From: a virus
Lineage: Duplodnaviria; Caudoviricetes
Direction: 5' to 3' (one strand)
Length of the DNA stretch: 64,000 nucleotides
IMG/VR virus record: IMGVR_UViG_3300020577_001702
Coordinates: 5,656 to 69,655 of that record
Position numbers and translations under genes: made by a program. The notes below the pieces were generated by a model. That model worked only from the letters and a program-made list of their open reading frames with translations. It was not told the DNA's origin and made no database searches. Positions 1 through 6,977 of this stretch are shown here, piece by piece. The stretch's first letter is position 1. Each line of letters begins with the position of its first letter.

Positions 1-1981
1 GAGCCACGTGGTCGATGCTGCTCATGGACAAGTCCATGATCGCGTCGCGGTCCTCGGTTTGAATCACCTGGGCGGCGAGCTGCTTGTCTGCCGGCCGGCT
101 GTTCAGATAGTCCGCGAACGCTTGCAGCTCCTGCGGAATCAGCGTCTCCAGCTCGTACAGGTCCGTCGAGAGCTTTTTAGTCTGAAACCGACCGACGTTG
201 AAGCGCCGGTCGTCCTTCGGGATACGCACCGGCAGGTTCTTGTTCGAGCTGAACACGAGGTTCACGAAACTGCGCGCGTTGTAACTGTCGGTACGCATCT
301 TCCGGATGGGCACCGTCAGGTCTGCGATGTAATTCTTCAGCTTCGAGTCGATCACACCACCTTCCTTGAGCGCGTCGACCTCGATCTCGCGGATGTGCGC
401 TACCAGGGCGTACTCCAGCCAGCCTGTAAAATCGGCCCGCAGCTCGTTCTGGTTTCGAGACTCGACGAACTGCGGACCCAAGACCGGGGAGATGATCCGG
501 TCAACCAAAGTGTCCTTGCCAGTACCCTGAACGCCGTGCAGCACCCAGCAGGTAGTGGTCTTGATGCGATACTGGAAGATCACAGCCATCCAGTTGAGGA
601 AGTGCTCAAACACAGGGCCGGTGCCCACAGCGTGCTCGACGATACGCAAGATCGTCGGGCAGGCAGCCATGCTGGGCTGCTTGATCTTCGCGGCGGACTT
701 CATGAACGGCGACGGCGCGAACAGGTTCACTGTGCGTGCCTCCGGGTCCACGATGGTCTCGCTGGTCGGGTCGAAAATCTTCTCCCAGATTGGGATGAAG
801 TCGCCCGAAGGCTGGTCGTGCGAGCGCAGGAAGTGATCCACCTGCGTCTCGTTGCGGGACTGGAACAAGTCCAGCTTCCGCTCGGCAGGATTCCACGTGC
901 CGGTCCAGTAGGTGCTGGTGCGCTTGTCGCGGAATGCCAGCACCATGTCGCCTTCCTCGGACACGGACTGGTTCGCCGTGGCGCGCTGAGCCTGCTGCTC
1001 ACGGTAGTAGTCCGGCAGCGCGTCCTTTATACGGACGCTCGGCTCACCCTTGAAGTTGTGCAGCAGCTCGTAGTTCCCCACCGGGTGGTAATAGGACCAG
1101 TTCTTGCCACCGTTGATGTTGAAGTAGACGAACTCACGCTCGACCTTCGGTCCACCCGTGATCGTCATCACACCGGGTTGGTTCTGTACCTCGTACTCGC
1201 CGACGATGACTGTCTTCGCACGGAGCGGCGGGAGCTGCGCAGCGGTGCGCTTCTCGTTGAGGATGTCCCGAGCGATCTTCTTCAGTGCCTCGGGCGCATG
1301 CAGCGCGATCTTCTCGACGTTCAACACGTCGTTCTCGCGCTTGATGAACTCGACCCGGCCGTTCAGGTACGGGTCTTTCATCTTCTTGAAGGTGGGTGCA
1401 CAGACGAACAAGAGCTTGTCGTTCTGGCACGTGGTGATGTCCAGCGGGTAGGAGAGGGTGATGGCCGTGTTCGACAGGCGCAAGCCGTCACGCAGCTCCT
1501 TGACGTTGATGTTCAGGTACATCAGCCAGTTCTTGAGCTGCGGCGCAGGCAGCTTCCGGCTGAGGAACACGAAGATGTGGCAGTTCAAGCCAACGTGGCC
1601 TTCCAGGCCGTGGCTGGCGCTGTACTGCACCGTGTAGCTCACGTCGTCGAGCTTCACTGCCTCCATGAACGCCTGGGGCGTATCGAATGGGGCGCTGTCC
1701 AGGTCAAAGCACACCCAGTCCGTGGGTGCGTCGGTAGTGGTTGAGCCAGCGCGGCGCTCGTTCTTGAGCGGCTTCTTAATCGTGCCCTTGAGCAAGCACC
1801 AGCCGGTCTTTTGTTTCGCGCTCAGCTCCTTGGCAAAGTCGCTGATCGTCTTGATGTCCACCTCATGCGAGGTGAAGTTCGCTACGTTCTGTGGATATGG
1901 CGTGACAATCACGCCAGTGGGTGTTTGCTCGAAGGTTTTCACGAGCGGCACCGCAGCCTCCAGCCAGAAAATCTTGGGCAT
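1..1981 (-). CDS. Primase-helicase (AEP primase-polymerase N-terminus + SF3/DUF5906-type helicase), 3' end runs off the window
   Basis: Hand translation from ATG at 1981 (SD GGAG upstream): MPKIFWLEAAVPLVK...WVCFDLDS...YSASHG...WVLHGVQGTGKDTL...FSSNK...DDRRF. AEP DxD and SxH motifs, Walker A, motif C and arginine finger are present. Absent from the ORF track because it has no stop in the window. Confidence 0.85.
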   Translation of the reverse strand, partial: MPKIFWLEAAVPLVKTFEQTPTGVIVTPYPQNVANFTSHEVDIKTISDFAKELSAKQKTGWCLLKGTIKKPLKNERRAGSTTTDAPTDWVCFDLDSAPFDTPQAFMEAVKLDDVSYTVQYSASHGLEGHVGLNCHIFVFLSRKLPAPQLKNWLMYLNINVKELRDGLRLSNTAITLSYPLDITTCQNDKLLFVCAPTFKKMKDPYLNGRVEFIKRENDVLNVEKIALHAPEALKKIARDILNEKRTAAQLPPLRAKTVIVGEYEVQNQPGVMTITGGPKVEREFVYFNINGGKNWSYYHPVGNYELLHNFKGEPSVRIKDALPDYYREQQAQRATANQSVSEEGDMVLAFRDKRTSTYWTGTWNPAERKLDLFQSRNETQVDHFLRSHDQPSGDFIPIWEKIFDPTSETIVDPEARTVNLFAPSPFMKSAAKIKQPSMAACPTILRIVEHAVGTGPVFEHFLNWMAVIFQYRIKTTTCWVLHGVQGTGKDTLVDRIISPVLGPQFVESRNQNELRADFTGWLEYALVAHIREIEVDALKEGGVIDSKLKNYIADLTVPIRKMRTDSYNARSFVNLVFSSNKNLPVRIPKDDRRFNVGRFQTKKLSTDLYELETLIPQELQAFADYLNSRPADKQLAAQVIQTEDRDAIMDLSMSSIDHVA

Positions 1982-2068
1982 GGCTACTCCGTGGGAATCT
2001 AAGTGGGATGCAATCAGTCTGACAGACTGCGCCAGAGCCGTAAAGGCCCTGGCGCAAGTGCTTGTTTC

Positions 2069-2302
2069 CTAACGCAGTAGACGCGGCAGGATAAAGCCAG
2101 CGAGCAGCGCTGCTATCGTAGCGGCGAAGCCGCCCGCCATGGACCCACCATGGAGTTTGAAAACGAGGATGAACACCGTGAGTTCGATGGCGAACGCCCC
2201 GATCCGGAAGTGCATCAGCTTGATGAACATGCTGAGGATTCCGATGAAGATCACCACACCGTAGAACAACGGTGCGATGTCGAAGTGGGCTAGCCCGAAC
2301 AT
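2069..2302 (-). CDS. Small hypothetical membrane protein (77 aa, 2-3 hydrophobic segments)
   Basis: SD GGGGGAG before ATG; hydrophobic; packs tightly with neighbours. Confidence 0.6.
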   Translation of the reverse strand: MFGLAHFDIAPLFYGVVIFIGILSMFIKLMHFRIGAFAIELTVFILVFKLHGGSMAGGFAATIAALLAGFILPRLLR

Positions 2303-2303
2303 G

Positions 2304-2540
2304 TTACTCCCCCTTAATCAGGCCCTTGCCGAAGCTGAACAGGCCAGTCGCCACAGCGGCGACGGTAACGACAGCAGCCTTGACGCCGGTCTCGACGGTG
2401 GTGTGCACGGTCTTGCCCGCGTTGTAGGCTGCCTGATCCAGGGAGCTGAGCGTCGGCTGGGTGGCTTGGTTGGCCTGGGTGTTGGTCTTGGTGGCGCTCT
2501 TATGGTTGCGCCGATTCATCGTGGTCGTTGTCATGATCAT
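2304..2540 (-). CDS. Hypothetical early protein (MIMTTTT..., 78 aa)
   Basis: SD AAGGAG before ATG 2540; start trimmed from the track ORF. Confidence 0.6.
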   Translation of the reverse strand: MIMTTTTMNRRNHKSATKTNTQANQATQPTLSSLDQAAYNAGKTVHTTVETGVKAAVVTVAAVATGLFSFGKGLIKGE

Positions 2541-2556
2541 CTCCTTGCTTGAGTGG

Positions 2557-2769
2557 TTAGTAAACTTCCTCTTCGTCCTGCTCGTGCTCGTGCTTGTACT
2601 CCATGTTGTGCGCGAGGCGCACCTGCTCGGCACCACCCAGGAAGCGACTCTGGGTCTGTGCCACATCCTCTTCGGTGAGCGTGCCCTCGCGGGCCATCAA
2701 GATCATCTCAGGGTCGAGGCAATCCACTTGGTTCTGGCTCTCAAGCCAGTCAGGCAGCGTGTGCACCAT
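2557..2769 (-). CDS. Hypothetical acidic protein (70 aa)
   Basis: SD AAGGAG; phage-like codon use. Confidence 0.55.
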   Translation of the reverse strand: MVHTLPDWLESQNQVDCLDPEMILMAREGTLTEEDVAQTQSRFLGGAEQVRLAHNMEYKHEHEQDEEEVY

Positions 2770-2898
2770 TCTGCTTCTCCTTCTTGGGTTGACGGTTCGG
2801 CTTCACCGTACCAGGAGGCACACGGTGGGTCTTAGGGGTGGGCTGCTCCGCATAGGCGCGGAACAGAGCATCACGCATCTGAGTGTTGACTCGCATTT

Positions 2899-3381
2899 TC
2901 AGAACCTCACTTCGTCAGTTATGGAAGGGTCGACCGTGGTCGGATCGACCTTATACCCAGTGCCGCATCGCTCTAGTTTCGCACCCACCTGATCCAGGTA
3001 GCGTTGCACAGCTCCGACGAGCATGTGGGAGGCGTAGCGGAAACCATGCTTGCTGTCCACATACGTGACCTCGATGCTGTCCGGGAAGAACTTGTTCATG
3101 GCGGAACTGTTACTGGACCATGGTCCTTTTATGGTGCGTGTGGTGCCGTCCTGCATATGCAGCTTGTACGTGCTACCCCCAAAGCCGGTCTCGTTGTGGG
3201 GGGTGTGATAGAAGAAGCTCACGAAGCCCGTACGGGGGCAGAACGCCCAGTAGAGCGTAGCGTCGCCGATGGAGGCGCACGAATACCGATACTCCTCAAT
3301 CTTCGGCGCATCTTCGCCGGCATGTTCAGCTTCCAGCACGACGTGGTGGTAGCCGTTGTAGTAGTCGAACGTAACTTTCAT
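2899..3381 (-). CDS. Hypothetical protein (MKVTFDYYNG..., 160 aa)
   Basis: ATG 3381 overlaps the TGA of the upstream mini-gene (ATGA). Confidence 0.6.
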   Translation of the reverse strand: MKVTFDYYNGYHHVVLEAEHAGEDAPKIEEYRYSCASIGDATLYWAFCPRTGFVSFFYHTPHNETGFGGSTYKLHMQDGTTRTIKGPWSSNSSAMNKFFPDSIEVTYVDSKHGFRYASHMLVGAVQRYLDQVGAKLERCGTGYKVDPTTVDPSITDEVRF

Positions 3382-3503
3382 AGCAGCGCTCCTATCAAGA
3401 CGCAGATCATCGTGCCGACGAACACGCACAGGTCCGCATGGCAGAACACACAGCGCTTCAAACCAGCCCTGTTCACAGCGCCACACTTGTCGCAATAACT
3501 CAT
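3378..3503 (-). CDS. Mini zinc-ribbon membrane protein (41 aa, MSYCDKCGAVNRAGLKRCVFCHADL + hydrophobic tail)
   Basis: Hand translation; CxxC-x10-CxxC; SD GGAG; ATGA coupling to the next gene; below the track length cutoff. Confidence 0.55.
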   Translation of the reverse strand: MSYCDKCGAVNRAGLKRCVFCHADLCVFVGTMICVLIGALL

Positions 3504-3569
3504 CTTGGTTCTCCAAAGAAACAGACCGGAGCTGAACTAGCCTCCGGTCTACGGCGTTGAGCTACTGGA

Positions 3570-4790
3570 TTAGGAAGCAGCGCGACGACTATTGATCGTG
3601 CGCGGCATCAAACTCTTAGCAGCGGGCTTGATGACTTCCTTGGTCTGCTCGGGCACCGTGGGTGCCTTGGCGTTGCTGGCCTTCTTGGGCGGATGCATCA
3701 TGGCTTCCAGCTCAGCTTCGAGCTGGGCCTGACGCTCCAACGAGCGCTTGAGATTCATGCGAGCTTGAAACAGGACCATGTTCGCCTCGGTCTCGGTGGC
3801 AAGCGCATCCGCTTCAGCAGCGGCTGCCTTCGCCTCCATGGCCTTGATGTTGGCCTGTTGCGCACGCACCAGCGCTGACTGGGCACGCCACTCGGGGTGG
3901 TTCGTCAACCACATGGGAGTGCCCGTGATGCACAACGTATCCCAGCGCTTCGTCAGCGTCTCATACCACCAGTGGCAGCTACGCTGCGCAGCGCGGTAAA
4001 GACCACCGGCCTTGATAAAGGCTTGCCGCTGCGCTTCAGTGGGCTGCTCGCCCAGCGCGTTATAAACTTGCTGAGCCTTGTTGTACTCGGCCTCGGCCAT
4101 GCCGAAAGCCTCGAACTTGCTCAGCAAGAAATCCCAGGAGCGCTCGGACGAGCGCACCAAGGTCTCAGGCTGAAAGTACTCAGCCGCCTCATCCTTGGCA
4201 GTCTGGGCGTCGACATGCTTGAAGCTGCCAATCAGCTCACTGGCACGCTCCAGGCGGATGTGCCAAGGCGTGCCCGCCTCAACACTAGCGCGCTGCTTGA
4301 CGAGCCACTCATTGAACGGCTCGACGCTGCCCTTGAAACCTTGGGCGTCGTGACGGTTGAGCCTGAAGCGACCGCCATCGGTGGTCTTCTTACCGGCTTC
4401 CTCACGCTCTTCACGAGCACCCTTCATCAGGGACTCGCAGCGACGTTCGAGAATACTGTGCGCCCACATAGCCTGAGTGAGCAGATCACGACGCTCGATC
4501 TCCATCTCGCTCTCGGCCATGAGCCGCTTGTTCTCGTCGTCATTCAGGCTACCCTCACGGGCACGATCCTGAAGCGGCGTGTCAGCGGCAGGCATGAGCA
4601 TCACGATGTCGCGACGCACGTTGTACAGCTCGGCACGGCACAGCCAGAAGTCAGCCTCATGGCTGGAGCCGAACTCGAACGGAGTCTTGACGACAGACGC
4701 CAAAGTGTCAGAGACACCCAGAGCAAAGATGCCCTTGATGATCGTCGAGACTTGGTTCATAGTGAACGTGCCATTGGTAGTGGCTTTCAT
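3570..4790 (-). CDS. Hypothetical helical early protein (406 aa), downstream of the hammerhead leader
   Basis: SD TAGGAG before ATG 4790; long ORF with phage codon bias. Confidence 0.75.
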   Translation of the reverse strand: MKATTNGTFTMNQVSTIIKGIFALGVSDTLASVVKTPFEFGSSHEADFWLCRAELYNVRRDIVMLMPAADTPLQDRAREGSLNDDENKRLMAESEMEIERRDLLTQAMWAHSILERRCESLMKGAREEREEAGKKTTDGGRFRLNRHDAQGFKGSVEPFNEWLVKQRASVEAGTPWHIRLERASELIGSFKHVDAQTAKDEAAEYFQPETLVRSSERSWDFLLSKFEAFGMAEAEYNKAQQVYNALGEQPTEAQRQAFIKAGGLYRAAQRSCHWWYETLTKRWDTLCITGTPMWLTNHPEWRAQSALVRAQQANIKAMEAKAAAAEADALATETEANMVLFQARMNLKRSLERQAQLEAELEAMMHPPKKASNAKAPTVPEQTKEVIKPAAKSLMPRTINSRRAAS

Positions 4791-4911
4791 TTGGTTTCTC
4801 CTAAAGACAGGAACTACAAGTGAAATAGGGGCAAGCGGTGGTGACACACCGTCTTGCCCCTTCCTATTCGAGCGTCAGATTTTGGTGGTTCGCTCAGACC
4901 ACAGATGAGTT

Positions 4912-4963
4912 GGCCTCATCAGTACACGCTTGACGTGTAGAGCACCTCACGGTGCTTTCGGCC
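4912..4963 (-). ncRNA. Hammerhead ribozyme, type II
   Basis: Minus strand reads GGCC-GAAA-GCACC(GTGA)GGTGC-TC-TACACG(TCAAG)CGTGTA-CTGATGA-GGCC: complete core, three paired stems, CUC triplet, predicted cut between 4940 and 4939. Confidence 0.85.
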
Positions 4964-5062
4964 TCTTGGAGTGTAAGCGCTGACGAATGATCGCCAGCTT
5001 GTATACCCGGTTTACATGGATTCGTAGCATGTTCGGTCCTCCACTTTCGTATGACAAGTAAA

Positions 5063-5322
5063 TTGGAACAAAATCGGAACATTGCCTCATTTTTAGGCAA
5101 CTTCAAACGGTCGTTTGAATTACCCATGTGGATTAGTAGGGTATTGGCACCGATTTATGGGATGTATACTCGGAACATTGGAACACCTAAGTCATTGATT
5201 TATTGGGTTTGTTCCGATTGTTCCGAAATTTTAAAGGTTTCAGTGAGAGAAGAGGGTGTTTGGGCTCATGCATGTATCGCCAAATCCTGACTGAACTTTT
5301 AAAAATCGGAACATTGGAACAC
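5063..5322. other. GGAACA iteron cluster with IHF-consensus site (origin-like element A)
   Basis: TCGGAACATTGGAACAC at 5170 and 5306, inverted TGTTCCGATTGTTCCGA at 5210, half sites at 5063/5074, WATCAANNNNTTR match at 5188-5200 (- strand), AT-rich. Confidence 0.55.
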
Positions 5323-5605
5323 TCGATTTTTTGCCCTCATGTCATAAATACGATGGCATTTCCACTGTCCACGCCAAAAATGCTCACTACTGTATGTTCA
5401 CACAGTATGTGCCTCATTTTTAGGCAGTCAGTACACTAACTGCCTAAAAATGAGGCAGCCTGTCATAAAGGCTGCCTCATGCTAGGTGGATACTAGAGCC
5501 CTAACGGCTCGTGGAAGACGGGAATAGGCATGGTGCCCAACTCAACGACTTCGAGTTCTTCGAGTATCATGGTCATCTCCTGTTTAACTGCCTAATTTTT
5601 AGGCA
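5083..5605. promoter_or_regulatory. Four 17-bp imperfect palindromes TGCCT-N7-AGGCA (operator-like)
   Basis: TGCCTCATTTTTAGGCA at 5083 and 5410, inverted copy at 5441, TGCCTAATTTTTAGGCA at 5589. Confidence 0.6.
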
Positions 5606-5663
5606 ACACGTGTGCTCTCTCTCGCCTTTGCTGTGTCGCCTCGTATGAGGCGACCAGCCCTCG

Positions 5664-5870
5664 CTACCAGTATCGTGCGAGGTGTACCGCAAGCTGCTGC
5701 GTCGATTCGAAATGCCCAGTGCGATAACACGCGACAGCATCAGCGGCACGCGCCTTCAAATAAGCGCGAGCCAGTGTGAGATCGCCGGCAAGCTCCACCG
5801 ATGAGGTGAAGCCGTCGAGGCACTTCGCTTCGCAGACACTCTGGTACTCATTCCATGCCATTGTGGTCAT
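5664..5870 (-). CDS. Hypothetical early protein (68 aa) flanked by 18-bp inverted repeats
   Basis: SD AAGGAG before ATG 5870. Confidence 0.6.
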   Translation of the reverse strand: MTTMAWNEYQSVCEAKCLDGFTSSVELAGDLTLARAYLKARAADAVACYRTGHFESTQQLAVHLARYW

Positions 5871-5967
5871 GGTGGTTTCTCCTTCGCTGGTTGAACACAG
5901 CAAAGGCGAGAGGACACTACACAGCCCACAGGCTGTGTGCTGCCCTCTCAGGCAGCATCTCAACCGC

Positions 5968-6198
5968 TTAGCGGTTGAGATATTTGGCGAAGGCGCTGCT
6001 CGCCTCTTGGGTAGCGCGCTCCTTGTGCAGTGCACGGAGCGGCGTCCAGGCGTTGCTCGCCTCCTTACTGATGGCCTTGCTCTCTTCGACGAGCGCTGCG
6101 GCCTTATCAGTAGCCCAAGCGACTGCGCGCATGGACAAGCTGATCTCTTCAGTATTGTTGACTTGGGTGTTGGTGTTGGTAGTGGTTGTCATGATCAT
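5968..6198 (-). CDS. Hypothetical early protein (76 aa), first leftward gene
   Basis: SD AGGAG; its stop lies in the loop of an 11-bp hairpin. Confidence 0.6.
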   Translation of the reverse strand: MIMTTTTNTNTQVNNTEEISLSMRAVAWATDKAAALVEESKAISKEASNAWTPLRALHKERATQEASSAFAKYLNR

Positions 6199-6525
6199 CT
6201 CCTGAGTAAACGAACTACGAAAAGGTCGGAATCCGAAACCGAATCCGAACCGGGTACCCCTATCTGAGGGATAGGGGATGGGATGGCGTCCTAGTAGATC
6301 GACTCAAAAATCAGAAATCACTCAGAAGTACACTTTCGAAACCACCTAGTAGATCGGCTCGAAAATCAGAATTTGTGCAGGAGATGTATACAAATCTAAA
6401 AATTTTCGTTTAGAAAATATGACAAAGTACTTGTGTACTTTCGTCCAGCAGTCATCCCGATCCGAAGTACCCACCCCGGTAGCCACAACCAGGATCAGCC
6501 CCTACAAATTCAAAATTTTTCGGGA

Positions 6526-6542
6526 CTCTGATAGACTCTGAC
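6526..6542 (+). promoter_or_regulatory. Phased CTCTG-N5-CTCTG motif upstream of terS
   Basis: CTCTGATAGACTCTGAC; the motif recurs at 10468, 15724 and on the - strand at about 2023, 57506 and 61721, always at the head of a gene block. Confidence 0.55.
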
Positions 6543-6545
6543 GCC

Positions 6546-6977
6546 ATGGCTAAGAAACTCACCAAGAAGCAAGAGGTATACATCGACGAGAAGATGCACG
6601 GTCGCGACCCGTCTGTGATCCTCGGTGACGTGCGCTCCTGTGATCGGTCTGAATCGACGCAGGTAGCCCTGCGTGAGCAGCAGGATCAGTTGGCCCAGGA
6701 GGTCAACATCACGCGGGCGGATGTCGTGCAGGGCTTCCTCGACGCGATCAACAGGGCCAAGTTGCAGGCGGAACCCGCCACGGAGATCGCCGGCTGGAAG
6801 GAAATCGGCAAGCTCCTGGGCCATTACGCACCGGAGATCAAGAAGGTGCAGCTCACGGACGGCCAGGAGACGATCCTGCGCAAGCTGGAGGGCATGTCGA
6901 CGGCAGAGCTGCTGTCCTTGGCGCAACGAAAGCGAGAGTTGGTGATCAATGGCGAAGCCCAGCGCGTCCCGGAGTAA
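6546..6977 (+). CDS. terS: Terminase small subunit
   Basis: KLTKKQEVYI start, ITRADVVQGFLDAI, WKEIGKLLGHY; immediately upstream of terL. Confidence 0.75.
   Translation: MAKKLTKKQEVYIDEKMHGRDPSVILGDVRSCDRSESTQVALREQQDQLAQEVNITRADVVQGFLDAINRAKLQAEPATEIAGWKEIGKLLGHYAPEIKKVQLTDGQETILRKLEGMSTAELLSLAQRKRELVINGEAQRVPE

Noticed and set aside
8-1744. 578-aa + strand ORF
   Set aside because: Antisense shadow of the primase-helicase; it has no motifs, while the - strand frame has AEP and Walker motifs.
5935-5960. Second hammerhead (CUGAGAG on the - strand)
   Set aside because: It does not match CUGANGA, sits in a simple hairpin loop, and has no matching GAAA/NUH geometry.
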